Positions 39,114 through 53,347 of a stretch of DNA of 64,000 nucleotides are shown in pieces. The first letter of the stretch is position 1; each line of letters begins with the position of its first letter. This stretch comes from Neodothiora populina (lineage: Eukaryota). The stretch spans positions 186,001 through 250,000 of the forward strand of contig NW_027191411.1 of the NCBI RefSeq assembly GCF_041146345.1. The letters are read 5' to 3'. Below the pieces are notes generated by a model. It was not told the origin of the DNA. It ran no database searches and saw only the letters and a program-made list of their open reading frames with translations. A program made the position numbers and the translations under genes.

Positions 39114-40536
39114 GATTGCTTTTGTGTAGTGGTTGTTCTTGTTGATGTAGTGAAGCAGGTAAGCTTGAGGTTTCTTGTTTGTTCTTGATAGGTAGATTGG
39201 TATGTAAGTAGGTCAAGGAAGAGAGGAAAAGCAAAAACGGCATTTAAAGAGCTCAGAGGTGCAGAAGTAGTGAGGGGTGGAGCAACTGTCAGGGTTAGAA
39301 GCTGCAGCAAGCAACGAAACATGAACTCATACGAGCATAATGGAGCTTATGACGACGGGACGCTGCCAGACAGACGAATCTAGAAACCCTCGAAAAGACG
39401 GCTTCCTTGCCCTTCCCTTTCCTCGCCTTGCCCTCCCCTTCCCACTCCCTTGCCCTCTCACTGTACGGGTATCCATCCAACATACGTCCATCTTACGCTT
39501 TACGCCCCCATGTAAGTCTGACGTCACAGCATATCCTTTTCCATCTCCGAGCGAGGCGGCTGCGATGCGGCTGCGATGCGGCTGCGCGTATCGACTGGAT
39601 GGAGAAAGGAAGCCTAGCTTCTTTCGTATGTAAATGTGGGGGTGGACTGAACCCCTCGACCAGAGGGCAAGAGCAAGGTTGCTGTCGTCTGCAAACTTGA
39701 GGTACTGTACTGTAAATACTCGAGCTTGGTGGTGACGATGATGGTGAGAAATAAGGTAAGGTAAGGTAATTTACTGAGAATATAGAGCCTACCTTAGGTA
39801 CTCGAGACCCCTTCCCCCCAAGCCGCCTGTCTGGTTCTGTCTCCTTGTAGGCGAAGTACTGCCTCTTTTCCTCACACTCTTCTCACCCCCTCTTTACTCC
39901 CGACGGCATCAGCATACCCACCCGTTAATCATCACGAGCAAAAACCGCAGCAAGAACCGGGGGCGTCCGGCACCAAGCGGCTCGAAAAAGCAGAGCACAG
40001 CGATCGGAAACGCCAGAGATGGGGAAAATGGATGTGGGATGGGCGGCTTCTTCTCCACTATGATGATGATGATTTATGATTTCAACAAAGGTCGTGTTCT
40101 AGTTCGATGGGGGCCTGTCCCTACTTTGCTTTGTGTTGCTGCTTGTGCTGTGATAGTGGAGGTAAGGTAGGTACAAGTATTGGAACTTTCAACGCGTAAA
40201 GATGAACATCTCTCGGACGTCGATTTGACACAATATAGACAGCTTGCTCGTCGATAATGGTGAGCAATGTTGTGTCGCATGGTTTGCATCCTGTCACCCT
40301 GGTGGCGAGGTACAGCAAGGTGATCGTCAGGCTTCGCAAGAATGGATGAAAGAAAATTGGAAGATAACAACTTTTCTCTTTCTCGGGAGATGAACCTATC
40401 TGTCCATCTGCGGAAGATGCTCGAGGAACCAACCATCTCTCCTTGGAAGACTCGTCTAGTATACAGAATATGTTTGTTTTGTATCCGACACTTATTGCTA
40501 CGACATACTATCTTGGAAACCTGCTCGGAACCCCAT

Positions 40537-43500
40537 CTATGCATAATACCACGGTTCGTCAAACACATGGTACCTGTGTCCCCTGACACCCTCTCCACGG
40601 AACAACTTGGGGAATCGCAGGCCCTCGGGGACCTCATCCTCTGAGATATGGTCGTTGCCGCCTTCGGGCGAACCCACGACAAACTTGCCGAGCTACATTC
40701 GTCAATCAGTAAATCGCAGACAAGAAGCCGAACGACAAGACTCACCTGCAACTCCGTGTCCGTGATGCTGTCTCTGCTGACTCTGGCGTATCCACTTCTC
40801 CGTAGTCCCTTGTATAGAATGTATTCGCACCACCTGTCCCAGTTGTCTGCGGGGTCAATGTCGCGCATGCCGCTCCTTTCACTGACATAAGTGTGGTAAT
40901 TGCCTTCGCCAGGCTTGGTGACCAGGTAAGACAACAGAATCGATGGGCGTGGGGAAGAGCCCATGAGATCGGCAAGGTACAGCGATTGCAAGCGTCTGTC
41001 CTCTGGGTCTTCTTCTTGGCCAGAGTGGAAGACGAACACATCCACGAGTTCGCCGTAGGCTTCAATCGTCGCGTGGATGGCAGGTGCCAGCTCGCCCACA
41101 GGTGAAGGGAGCAAATGATGCGTAGAATTGATGATGGGGAACTTGGACAGAAGAGCACAGCCCCAAGTGTGCTTGTTGGGGCCTGGACCGTAGTCCACCC
41201 ACATACCCAGCTCCTCGGCTAGATGTTGCGTAGGATCTCTGTTGCCCATGATGATGCGCTGAGTGTCCGATTCGAGCAGACCGACCACATCAACCTCGAG
41301 CTCACGCAGAAGTTGGGCCATGCGACGCTCAGAGGTGAACAAGGGCTCGTCGAGACCGAAGTGAATTGTCCAGATACCAGCGGTGATGGACTTTTCCGGT
41401 GCATGATAAGGAGTGTAGTCGTAAGATGGGAAGCGGAGATAGGAGACGGAGACCGAAAGGAGCTGGAGTCCAAGGAGAATGTACAAGAAGTAAGAGCGCT
41501 GCTTACGAGCTGCTGGGTTGGAGTTGGGTGACGTCTTAGTCTTGCCATTTGATGCTGAAGCAGTGGCGGAAAAGACACCTGCACCAATTGCAAGCATCAT
41601 CGCCGTCATGACCCAGTCAGTGTGCTCACGCATCAAAGGGCCACCGGGGACAAAGGCATATGCTACGACCCAGACGTGGGCGAGAACCAGCACATTATAG
41701 AAGAAGAAACCAAGGAAAAAGGTGCGGCCTGGTGGGAACCGGACTGCGTTCGAGATGAGAGCAGGAGCGACGGCCATCAAGTAGGCAGCAAGAGTAAGAC
41801 CTCCGTAGAAACCAAACCAACGAGAGAAGCCTGTCAGCACTGCAGCACCAGTGGCACCGATGCCATAGAAAGTCCAGCTACGCGTGAACTTGGGGTAATA
41901 AAGACCAATAAGCAGACCGAGACCCATAGCAAACAGGGTGTAGCTACCGTGAGGAACAGCCATAGGCCCTCTGATGGGGTAGCCCTCCCAGACCCAAGAG
42001 ATCATGGTGCTGGAGTCGGAAAGGAGCGAGTGCATGCCGAACATCAGACCAGAGATTCCGAGAGCAGCAGGGAATGCTGAGCCCGACGGGACCTTGAGCG
42101 AGGAGACACCTCCAGTCACGTCAAGTGGTCTCCTGGTCATACGGAGCATCGCGAGGATAGCAAGAAGAGTGCCGGTCTTGTTCCATCCGCCATTCGCAGC
42201 ATGCACGGCTGGCCACACAGGGTTGTTGGTCTGGAAGGCATATTTCGCTACGCTCGAGGCGAGCAAGCCGAGAGAGAAAGCGGCAATCCGTCCCTCGAGT
42301 TTTGCCGGCTGCGCGCGATCCGCCCACCACGATGCCGACCAGGCCAAGCAACCCGTGGACACAGAAAAGCCCACAGTCGTGAGACGCCACTCAGGGGAGG
42401 CAACCAGGTAGGCCAGGAGACCAGAGATGCTGAGCAGATAGACAACGCGGATGTTTGTAATGACCAGCTTACGAAATGAAGTGATCCCGAGGAGAAATGG
42501 AGAAACGGGTGTCATGACGAATGCTTCGTATCCGGAGATTCCCATGTGCCAGAGAGGGAAGTACCAGATGAGCAATCCGAGGCCGGTCAAGACGGACCAA
42601 AAGATGTATCCAGCATATACCTCAGCAAGAGCATCGAGGAGGGCACCATTTGAGAACCCGGGAGCGAAGACCTGTCCGACTGGCTTGTCCTTCCTGCAAA
42701 TCCACTCAGTTGTATGTCAAGGATGCGTTCAAAGCATGGCGGAACTCACTCGGTCTGACGGATCTTATCGGACACATTCTTGCTGTTTCTGTAAGACGGG
42801 ATGGCGGATCAGACGAGCCTTCACAAAAAGATATCGGATGTGGCTACCCCTACCACGGCCTATTTCGGAAGCCAGTGAACGTACCCTCTACTCGTTCCCT
42901 TGACGTCTTTCACGACGAGTTCCAGACCGTTGAAGTCAAGTGCGGTGACGGCGTCGAATGCCACGTCGAGGAGGACTAGCGACCACTCGAAGAAGGCGTA
43001 GATGGTATAAGCTGGGAGCCTTTGTCAGATGGCGCGCTTTTGTATAGGGCATAATGAATGATGTTTTGGACTCACCACCAGGCACTCTGTGGACCTTGTG
43101 CTGAATGAAGAAATAGACAAGAGGAATCAAAGTAGCAAAGAAAGAGCCGGCAAAGACCTTCCTGTAAAAGATGGCTTTAGGGTTGTTCGGGCTCAGTGCC
43201 AGACATCCAATGGTCCATGGAAGAGTGGCAACGAGATAGGAAATCATGAAGATGTCGTGCCAGTCATGGTCGTCGGTGGAAGTGACATAGGTCCAGCCAC
43301 CACAGGTGAGGGTTCTGAAGACACCTACACCAAAGACAAACTTGGGTAGAGAAGAGTTGGGTCTTGCCGTCAAGATGTACCACAGTATGACGAGGAGGAA
43401 TCGAGGAGCTGCGTATGAGACGATTAGACTCGCCCGTGATGCCATGCGGCGGGGGACTTTTGTAATGGCTGGACGAACCGGAAGTGAGCGCGATGAAGAC

Positions 43501-43911
43501 CTGAAACACAGATCGTTCGGGGTAGCGATCGCCAATGGTGGCAGAGACAGAAGGGAACCATTCAATCGGATAGCCCTATCATATGCAGGTCAGTGGTTGT
43601 GCAAGAACTGGGCAGGTTCGAGTGGTTCCATACAAAGTGTTCATTTTGGACAATCTTTTGGTAATGTAATGCGCTATGGACGAGCTCAGCAACATGCTCT
43701 GATAGTCGAGAGATACAGCGCGCGCATGTTCTCACCATCCTACAACGAATGCGCCTAAGAAAGCAGCGTACGCGAAGGTGGTGTGGATCCAAGAAATATA
43801 TTCGCCAGGAAACTGTGTCATCGTAAGTATATAGCATTCAGCAAGGTAGGTAATACTTGATCGTCAACATACCGAGGCGACCACATCGCCATCCCTGTGC
43901 TTTGGAGCCAT
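40537..43911 (-). CDS. CWH43: Calcofluor white hypersensitive protein (GPI lipid remodelling; Frag1/PGAP2 domain plus C-terminal EEP-like domain)
   Basis: [18 protein letters not shown]...[72 protein letters not shown]; ends [13 protein letters not shown]. Many introns. Confidence 0.95.
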
Positions 43912-44625
43912 GACTCCTGAAAGTGGTAAAACAAAGGAAGGGAAGGGAACAGAAGGAACAAAAGCATGCGATGACGATGATGATGGAGAACGAAGAGGTA
44001 AGAGACAAGGTGAAGCAGGCATAGCTGAGTATCGTAAAGTGAGCACTTTTGTCTCCTGAAACTCACGAGCTGCAGCTGCCACCAAGACTACTCTGCAACA
44101 CTAACCCACTAACAGGCGGCCTCAAGGTTGATCTCGGAGGGTAATTATTAGCACAAGCAAGCCACTATGCAACAACAACACGACACCTCAAACAACCCTC
44201 ACTCACTCGACTTGACTCGGATCCATCCTCGCTCCGTCTCCCGCTCCCCCATCTTGCCAAGTCTCTCCAGATCTGCTGCTTGCTGCTTGCTGTCTCAAAA
44301 GCTCAAGGGTCCAGAAGCAACCCCTGGACTTTCTAGGTGGTACCTTAGTATGAGGATAAATACCTTATATACCTTATCTTGATCTACTTTGACACTCTTC
44401 GAGAGATCAAATACTGATCTACAAGGACCACCATTATGTAGACCAAAACACTACTCTCTGCTACCATAATGATCTTACATATTCAGAAAGGCACTTGCTT
44501 GTCTTCCTTCCCTTCTTCCAACATAGCGGCCGCACCGAGCGACAAGACTCGCTTGTGTATAACAACCAGATAGTCCACAATCATGAAAACGAGCAATGGA
44601 CTCCCTTGTCAAGATGTATTATTGG

Positions 44626-45376
44626 TTAGTAGTCGGCTTTGCCACCACTCCGCCTTGCACTCTTCTTGTCACTGTGCTTTTTCTTGTGCTTCAACCTCTC
44701 CTCATTCTCGGCCTTTTGACTGTTGGCAAGACCCATTAGCTAACAGATTCTGATTAGTGGTACAGTCTATGACATACAGATTCTTCACCCTCTCGAGCTG
44801 GTCCGCGCTCGTTTCGCCGGGGACCACCTCTTGACCGGCTTCGACTATGAGATTATGCAGCTTGACGAAGCAACTGTGCACGTTATCCGTCTGCTTCCGA
44901 CTGTCGTCGGCTTGAATGACCAGTGAGTCTGACTTGGTAGCGCAATATCTCGACTTCATGATAGCAGGTCGAAGGATGGAAGGGAGCTGTGCCAGAAGTG
45001 AAGCCAAAGGAATGCGTAAAGTCGCCTTTGAATTGACTCTACAACCACAAGAATTCAGCAATCTATTTGCAAAAGGACTTCTAAGAAAATGCTATGGCGA
45101 TGAGTGGTTCCTGATACTGCGTCTCACATACTTATTCACGTTCTGGCCTCCAGGACCCGAGGACCTGCTGAAAGATACATCGCATAGACTACGTGGGATA
45201 GTTTCAGCATCAAATCTCGAAAGCCACTTTCTCGCTTCGTCAAGCTCCTCCTCATTGACATCGTTCGTCACTGCAGGCCGTGAAGCATAAGTCCGTGACA
45301 ATAGCAGGAACTGACTCCGTGACCACTGCGTTGTAAGAGGAGGCAAGCTACGTCGCAGCTGCGCGCCTCTGATCAT
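44626..45376 (-). CDS. Mitochondrial peptidyl-tRNA hydrolase/RF-1 domain protein (Pth4/ICT1-like)
   Basis: FSRSSGPGGQNVNK|VNSKATL (GGQ motif), IQADDSRKQTDN, basic tail KHKKKHSDKKSARR; two introns. Confidence 0.88.
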
Positions 45377-46440
45377 CTTCTTCTAGACTTGGCTGTAAAT
45401 TCTGCTTGTGCATATAGAGTGCATGTGTGGAACGAGATGGGGTTCTGGACCAAGTGGCGGCGGAGCGATAAGACCGGAGGCGAACAGAGCACCGGTGCAT
45501 GTAACACTTCTACTCTAACCTTCGCAAGGCCCCAACACGCTCAAATTGACAGCACGACAACATGTACAGTACTCTTGACCGCCGTTGGAGTTTGCGCGAG
45601 AAAAGTGGAGTAGAAGTGTACTTGTACTGGGTGATTAGATACAGTTAGCCTAAAGAGTACGTGCACTTCCAGAAGATCAGGCGTGTGTCTACTATTGTAC
45701 GATCTCCTGCAGGGACTCTTCCAGCGCGTGCATTGGTGCACATACAATATAAAATGGTCCGGGCCAAGGCGGCTGAACTGGGGGGGAAATGCCATTGTAT
45801 TACGGAAAGGATGACGACACGCCAAACCGCCTTCGCGCCATGGCCGTGGACTGTTCACGATTATTCAATTTTTCTCTTAGCAAAGGGCACAAAAAAGGAA
45901 ACAGAGAACGTCCTTTCTCCGCGTATTGCAATTTCGTAATAGACCATCGTCGAACGCGCTTCTGAACTCGTGGCTAGTAACTCGAGCTCTGTGGTTTTAC
46001 AGTTTTCCTTTTGTCGCTCTCGTCATTCTCTGGATTCGTGCTGTAAAGTGTCGACGATCGCTGCTATTGCTGCTGCAACCTACCCATCACCACCAGCACC
46101 ATCTGCCACTACTACTGCTCTTTGTGCAGCTGAACGGGTGTTCTTGTTGTTTGTTTGTTTTGCTAGTTTTTCTTGTTACTTGGGAGCACGATTTGATCAG
46201 AGTGTTGCGAACACACTCATCGTTCCCAGAAAATCAGCAGGCAGAAAGGACGAAGTCTCAAGCAATTGCAGAAGACTAGCTGTATTGCTTTACACTTCCT
46301 TCATATCAACTCAAAAGAGTCCTCCTGCTCGCGTTTTTTTCAAATCTTGTCGCGTCCTCGATCGACCTTCTAACAGCTGCCACTCATCCCATACCTCCCT
46401 AACATGTCTGGCGCATAGAGGGCGCAGTTCATCCGCATAC

Positions 46441-49400
46441 ATGACCTCTCCAAACCCGCCTCCAGAGGATCCAGAATACACCAGCGAACCCGCCGTGTTG
46501 AGCCCCGTGTCTCCCAAGCCCTTGCACTATCCCGTCCCCCAAAACATCCCTATCCTTGAGAAGCAAATCGATCAGGCCTTTAATCAAACCTCTGCACATA
46601 TGGCACAAGCCAGTGTTCTCCAACCGCCACAGCAACTCAGTCAAGCCCCGTCAGTCGTTGACAGCAACCAGCCCCCTAACGTCAGCGAAGGCCATGTTCC
46701 CACACAGCCTATGCACCAAGTGCAGGGTGGTCAAATCCCACAGCATACACAAGTTCAGGAGCAACAAGGCACTTCGCTTGATAACCTAGGTCAAATGAAC
46801 TATGTCCCAAATGAACAAGCTTCACTCCAGGCAAGCACTGAGCCCATCCCTGCCCATATCCAAGCCCAGCCTTTTGATCACGCCCATGCCCAAGCCCATG
46901 TTCAATCCGAGCAAGATGTCCTTGCCGCCCATCATTCTACTACCAATGTAACTGCACAAACTCCCGAATACCAGCAGAGCAGCCCACTGCCAGCTCCAGC
47001 TCAAGCTCCAGCCCTTCCCTCGAGCATAAATCCCGCTCAAGACAATCCCCAAGCCCCTCCCCATGCCCATCTCCAACTGCAAAACGGAACGGTAGAGGCA
47101 GCTGTGCCAGACGTTGTTAATAACAGTCGAATTGTGCAGTCTCAGACCGAACTTCAACAATTCTTCGCATCCTTTTCCCAGCCGATTACCAACGCAGAAG
47201 TCCAGTCAGCAGATGGCGGGTACTCGTCTACCACTGCAGACGCGCAGCCAGCTCCTCCAGGTGCTGCTTCCGAGACAGCGGCGACCGCCACACATGGTCC
47301 CCCGCCTGGTCTTCCTCCTAAGCCACCAGCGCAAGAGCAGCCGTCAATGCATCCTCATTACGACTCTTCCACGGACATACGCGCCTACCACCCTCACAGC
47401 CAGCATGCTCCGGCTGCTGCTGCTGCACAAAACTCTTCCTACAACGCCATATCCCAGGCCCCACTTTATCCCGCAGCACCAGGTCAAGATGCTGTACCGG
47501 GTGTCGACTCGTTGCCACCTCCGCCCGTCGCTTCCTTCCAAAGTCAGCTCAGACAAGAGCATTCGGAAAGTCCGACATCTCGAGCCAAACGACAACGGGA
47601 GTTGGAGAGCCAACGTGAGATCAAGCAAGCGGCGGGAGAAGTGCTGGACGACGCAGACGTGCCGTGGACACCCGATACTCAGCGCAAATACGACGTGTTC
47701 CTTAACGAGGAGCGTAAATATGTCACAGAAGGAAATTGGGAACAGTTCCCGCACGGTTCGAGACTCTTCGTTGGTATGAAGTGGCTCTTTTTCTCTGCTA
47801 TCATGATGTATTGGCGTCGGTCTTGGCCTTCCACTGACATGTGAGCAGGCAACCTGAGTTCGGAGAGGGTCACAAAGAGGGACATCTTTCATGTCTTCCA
47901 TCGTTATGGAGACCTGGCTCAAATCTCCATCAAGCAAGCATATGGATTCGTACAGTATCTCGAGCCTAGCGCTTGTGCGAAGGCTATGCAGGTGGAGCAA
48001 GGCAAAGTCATCCGGGGGAAGAAAATCCGTACGTTTTGATTTTTGTGTCGATAGAGAAACAAGTCAGCTGACATGGGGCCCCAGATCTGGAGGTCAGCAA
48101 ACCACAGAAGAACCGCAACACAGACACTAAAGGCAACCGTCGCTCACGATCACCCGAAAACACCGGAAGAGGGGTCAATGCGAGCGTTGATCGTTATCAG
48201 CCGAGTGGACAAGACAGACGGCGTGAAGATAGAGACAGGAACCGAAGAAGCGGTGGACGCGGAGGAAGAGAGGAGTTCCGTCGAACACCATCGCCTACAT
48301 ATGGCAGACATCGCGGTAGTAGAGACCGCTCACGCGACAGATACGACTCGCGCTACCGGAGCCGTTCTCGATCGCCGTATTCTCGAAATCGTTATCGAAG
48401 TCCTTCTCCGAGAAGGAGCGAGGACGATGATCTGCCGCTACCACGTCGACGTCCTGGAGAGGTGCCTGACGTGCAGATTATAGTCCTCGACACCATCGAC
48501 CGCGAGTTTATTTCGTACATCGAGAGGACATTTGCAGCTCGCGGTATACGCGTAGATGTGCTCTACTTATCGCCTCGCCTGTCTCTCGATGCCGTCATCA
48601 AACGACAAATTATGGAAGGAGTGCAGGCCGTGTCCCAGCTCACGCGGCTGAACCAACAGACAGTCAAGGTCCCATTGCAGCTTTATGACAGGACGAATCC
48701 AGCAAATGTTCGATTCGACGAATATCAAGACCTCGATCTCAATGTGGCAGCCGAGCTTGTCCTAAGGGCCAAATCTCAGGCAGCGGCGGCAATGGTGACT
48801 CAGAATCAGCCACCACCACCTCCGCTACCTTCTCTTTCTGCAGCGCCTCCACCACAATATGGCTATCAAGGTCTCCCTCCGCCTCCACCGCCTCCAGCTG
48901 CTCTACATATGACGATACCACCATCATCACAATCACCCAATCTCAGCAACTTGATAACATCGCTAGATCATTCTGGATTACAGAAGCTGTTGGGGGCGAT
49001 GTCGCAGCAACAACCACATTCGCAACACCTCTCTCCACCGTCTCTACCACCCACAACATCAGCAGGCCAACACACTGCTCTCGCCGCCGCGGCAGCAGCG
49101 GCAGCAGCTGCAACCGGCTTGACACCTGATCTGGCGAAACTGCTGGCTGGGAACAGTGTCGTTGCACCTCCGATTCCGTCACCTCTGGCGCCACCATCCT
49201 TGGCTCAGGGGTTTCCTCCGCCGCCGCACGGCTTCGGACAACAGCAGCAGCAACATGGTGATCCCCTCGCGGCTCTGAGGGCGAATCCTGCGCTTGCCAG
49301 TTTGTTGTCCGGACAGAGCCCGCAGCAGCAGCAGCAGCAGCAGCCACAACAACAGAGCATGCCCTCGTCGCCCATCATGCAGAGATACCAACAGCACCAG

Positions 49401-49547
49401 CAGCCTGGCAATGGCATCGACATCGGCGGCGGTGGCGGTGGCGGTGGTGGTGGTGGTGCCGGTGTCAATGGCGCAGTCGGGGGTGGCGGACACGACATGG
49501 CTGAAATATTAGCGAGGCTAGGGAACTATGGACAACAGCGGAGATGA
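46441..49547 (+). CDS. RRM protein with anticodon-binding-like domain (Nab3/NCOA5-like)
   Basis: RRM SRLFVG|NLSSERVTKRDIFHVFHRYGDLAQISIKQAYGFVQY; RS/RD-rich linker; PDVQIIV...RQIMEGVQAV; P/Q/A/G low-complexity tail. Introns about 47774-47848 and 48029-48085. Confidence 0.85.
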
Positions 49548-51009
49548 GAAGCGCATGAAAGAGAGGAAAGCGACCAAGGTTTTTCATCGGCTTCTGAAAG
49601 TGGAGTAATGGGGGTTCCAAGGGGTTATTGATGATCGGTCTAATGGACTGTTCGGGGGTTTTTCGTGTAGAATGGGACGAAAGTAACCAGAGAATGGCAC
49701 GCGAGAAATGAGACGATGTTTCGCGGATACATCAAATACCATGTCGTCGTAATGGTGGTGGTGGTAGCAGTAATAGTAGCCTCAGCGATAGCAGCCATGA
49801 CAGACCGGGACAAAGAGCCCACAAACTCCACCCTCGTACATGACCCAAGAACAACTAAGACCACCCCCATTCCATTCCGTTCAATCAGCACCTAAGGTAA
49901 TCAAATGACATTCATCTTCTCGATAACTGTCTCGAGCACACCCAACGAGAGACGAAATGGGATGAAAAGCAAGAAAAAGAACACATTCGATTATTTGTAC
50001 ATGTAAAACGAACGCCCTGAATGCATTCCTCCACCCTACCTAATCCATTACCTTTTCTCAGGCCACGAATCCCTTTCGCCATCTATCCACTTTTCGAGCT
50101 TTCCTGTCCTGTCCTGTTCTGCTCTGCTCTGCTCTGCTCTGCTCTGCTTAGCGATGACGAACGAACAAACGACGTAGAAACCACAAGGGCCAGGAACAGA
50201 AAGCGATGAAGTAAGCAAAAAGTGAGCAAAAAGGAACGAGAAACAGTGACACATAATCAGCAGGCCCGGTCCGTGTCAGAACCAGCCAAAATCATCTCGT
50301 TGTTGTCTATCCTACATATTTGTTACACTGTTCCCCTGATGCGTTTACGCCCTTCCAGATTTGAGGAAAGAAAGAGAGAATAGAGAGAGAGAGAGAGAGA
50401 GAGAGAAGAAACAGCGACAACATTTCTTTCCCTTTGGCGGAAAGGGACATCATCAAGGATAAAGACACCCTCTCTCGCGCCGAAGAAAAAGGGAAAAAAA
50501 AAGGTTTATCGCCGACTTCTCACTTCTCTCGTAGACAATAACCAGGTGATCCTCCTGTAAACCAAGTATTTTGAATCAAGGCTCCATCCATTCATCCATC
50601 CATCCATCCATCCAGGTTGATGACCGCTTGCTCAGAAAAAGACGAGAAGTAAAAAAAGATGCGAGAAAACTTTGTTGATTGCTCGCTCGCTCCGGCGTGG
50701 TTTGATATGCCCTCTCAATCCCGCTCCTGCTGAGTCCCAAGGCAGCAGCACAGGCCCTGTCAAGCGTTTTTTTGTGACGGCGTGCGGTCCCATCACTTTT
50801 GTTATTTTTTTCTATCAATCATCTATCCGTTCCGCTGCTGCGCCCAATTGCGAGGATGGGGTTCCTTCCGTCTGCTGTCTTGTTGTAGTAAGACTATTTC
50901 TTCGCTCGGTTCGTGAGTATTGATTGCTTTGCATAGTAGAGGCCTGCCCCAAGCGCGCGTAATAGTCCAAGGACCGTGCGAAGGGGTGCGTGTTGTGTGT
51001 GGATCATGT

Positions 51010-52395
51010 TCATTTGGCCTCTTCGGCGGAGATGAAGTAGGCCTTGGCGACTTCGTAGGCGGACCTGTGGGTCGATTGTCAGTCACAAAACACGCAAAAC
51101 TAGTGGATCAGAAAGACATACCAGCAGATGGCGGTGCTGGGCGCCGCAGTGACGACTCTGGCCTTCATTCCTCTGAAGAATCCCTTGGCTCCGTCTCGTC
51201 TTGCGATGATGGACGCCGCCTCGACGAGACCGCGCGCATTTCTAATCTCGGGGTCTGTCGAGTTTCCGCGGGTCTGCAGGAGAGTCTTGATGACGTCTAG
51301 AGGAGTGGTGGCGGCCGCCGCGAAGCCACCTGCGAGACCACCGGCCGTGCAGTGGGTCAGGGGATCGTAGCCCGAACTTCTGTGCATGAACTTTGTCATG
51401 GACTCGTATGCGGTGAATTGTAGGGCGGTGAAAGGGACGGTCATGGCGAGAGTGGTCGGGTAGGAGACGTAGAAGGCGCGGAGTCCTTCGTTGCGGAAGA
51501 CGGCGCGGGCGCACTGTGAGACGGACGAGTAGATGGAGCCGTGGACTTGCATGCGTTGCTTGATCACTGTATAGCCGTCAGAAGGCGGAAAGCGACCAAG
51601 TAGATCAGACTCTGAGACGCACCATCGAAGGGATTCATGAAAGCATCACTTGCTATCGTTGCGCAGGCGCCGGAAGTTGCTGTAGAAGGAATTAGTCTTC
51701 TTTTCTTCTCTCTTTTTTCTCTGGATAAATCAGTAGCTTCTGTCGCAAATGCCACGTACCTGCTGCGAGTGGGTGGTGTCCCGATGCATTGCCACCCATT
51801 TCTTGCTTGACAACTTCATATGTCGCAAAGTAAATGGCGTGAGCCGGACCTGATGATTTTCTCTGTCAGAGGTTGCGCCCCGTAGAAATGGAATGTGACG
51901 GAAACAAGGGTTCGTGCTAACCTGCGCCGAGGACAACACTTGATAATCCCCTCCATAGTGACATGTATCCTTCCACTCTAGATATCGTCGCAATGGCGTT
52001 TCCGAGACCCGTGTAAATAGCCGCCGGCGTGGGGTTCATGACTTGCATGCGTGTCTAGAGAAGATGAGTAAATACGTCAAGCCCGCTGACATTCAATGGC
52101 GAGAGAGACAAACCTTGAGGAGGTCGATGGGATACATGACCGAGTGTTCCTGACGGAAAATCAGTATACCGATAACGACACGTAACAAAACACCTCCGAC
52201 TCAATTCCAACATACGGCAATGCCTGCAAAGGCTCCGGCGACCATGTTTGCCGCCAGAGAGAAGTTTGGTGGTAGTCCTTCGTAGCTACACAAGGCCATC
52301 AGAATAAAAAATTCCATCACCGATCGACGACGATGTCCCTACTCATATTCGTTTTCTTCGGCGAGGCCGGCGGAGAACCCATCGTGTGCGGCCAT
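51010..52395 (-). CDS. Mitochondrial iron carrier (mitoferrin, Mrs3/Mrs4-like)
   Basis: About 8 exons: MAAHDGFSAGLAEENEYE|YEGLPPNFSLAANMVAGAFAGIA|EHSVMYPIDLLK|TRMQ...GPAHAIYFATYE...DAFMNPFD|VIKQRMQ...AFYVSYPTTLAMTVPF...TPLDVIKTLLQ. Confidence 0.92.
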
Positions 52396-53206
52396 GTGCC
52401 CGCGCTGAGGCGCAATGGTATCCAGTTTGAAAGATGTGTCGTGAGGAAGAGTTGGCCAGGCCTGGGTTCTGCTGCTGGAAAAATGTCCGATGGTGGTCTG
52501 GGAATTTGTATTATGATGCTTCTTCACCTCCACGCTGACAAGACAAAATGTAGAGCCGATCGATGACGATGTTGCCAGCTGAGAAGAAAAAAAAAACACA
52601 GGCACAACAACGCGCTATGGTTCTGCAGTCGAGGGGGCTGTTGTGGGGACTCCAAGATGTGAGTCGACCTTGTCTACAAGAAGCTATCTCTGAAAGAATT
52701 GGGAGTTTTGTCGATCGATCCAGCACATTGAACCGTCCTGTCATTCCATCATGACAAGCGGCGTTTTCCACTTCCGAGGCAGCTGAGAAGCAGCCGCCAG
52801 CAGGGCCAGGTCTCGACCCCATCATACCCTTTTCCCTCTACAGTACACTTTCTGACACGAAGAATCTTATAATTACATTTTACTAGTACAGAGACCAACC
52901 CGAGCTCGGAGCCTTCTCCCACCCCTTGCTCTTGACCAGGGTGCCGTTGATGTTATTGGGACAGTGTATGTCTTCTGACTTGATCCTCTCGGTCACCTAA
53001 CCACTCGGGTCGCGAGAGACCACATGCCACCATGCGGATGCAGTATCATCGTCCATTGCCATGCAGCATGCCTTCGCCGCGGACTTGTCCTTGCTCCGCA
53101 GGTGTGAGTGAGAACGCTCGACTCGGCGGAATTGGCTCGGCCAAGGCGCTCCAAGGTCTTATGTCCGCGTGTCAATCAAATTTTGACACTATATCCCGTA
53201 GCTTGT

Positions 53207-53225
53207 AATCAGATAATCTCTGATT
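53207..53225. promoter_or_regulatory. SreA/SRE-type extended GATA site ATCAGATAA within an inverted repeat, upstream of the mitoferrin gene
   Basis: AATCAGA-TAATC-TCTGATT; ATCAGATAA at 53208-53216. Confidence 0.55.
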
Positions 53226-53347
53226 CTCTAGTTCGGGTTAGTCCGCAACAGGCTTCTCGAAGCGACGCGGAGGTCTTTGCCTGCCCGAAGGTAGCCGCTC
53301 AGCCGCTGTGAGCTCGACGGCAAGTGCCGCTATTGACTAAGCTCAGA

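Noticed and set aside
40074..40536. C-terminal extension of the 838-aa ORF
   Set aside because: Artefact of reading through the last CWH43 intron; the spliced gene stops at 40537.
44705..44718. TTCTCGGCCTTTTG resembling the U2 snRNA 5' end
   Set aside because: Lies antisense within the last coding exon of the Pth4-like gene; no GTGTAGTA branch-pairing sequence follows.
45970..46440. 157-codon in-frame open stretch upstream of the Nab3-like ATG
   Set aside because: The translation looks non-coding (Cys/Phe/Ser-rich), no near-cognate start in strong context was evident, and a CTAAC...TAG acceptor near 46399-46418 suggests a 5'-UTR intron.
50100..50615. (CTCTG)n, (GA)n and (CATC)n tracts
   Set aside because: Ordinary microsatellites between convergent 3' ends; no spacers, so not CRISPR-like, and no mobile-element hallmarks.
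53024..53107. Short Cys/His-rich ORF MPPCGCSIIVHCHAACLRRG...
   Set aside because: Only 27 codons, with an incomplete RING-like spacing and no other support.
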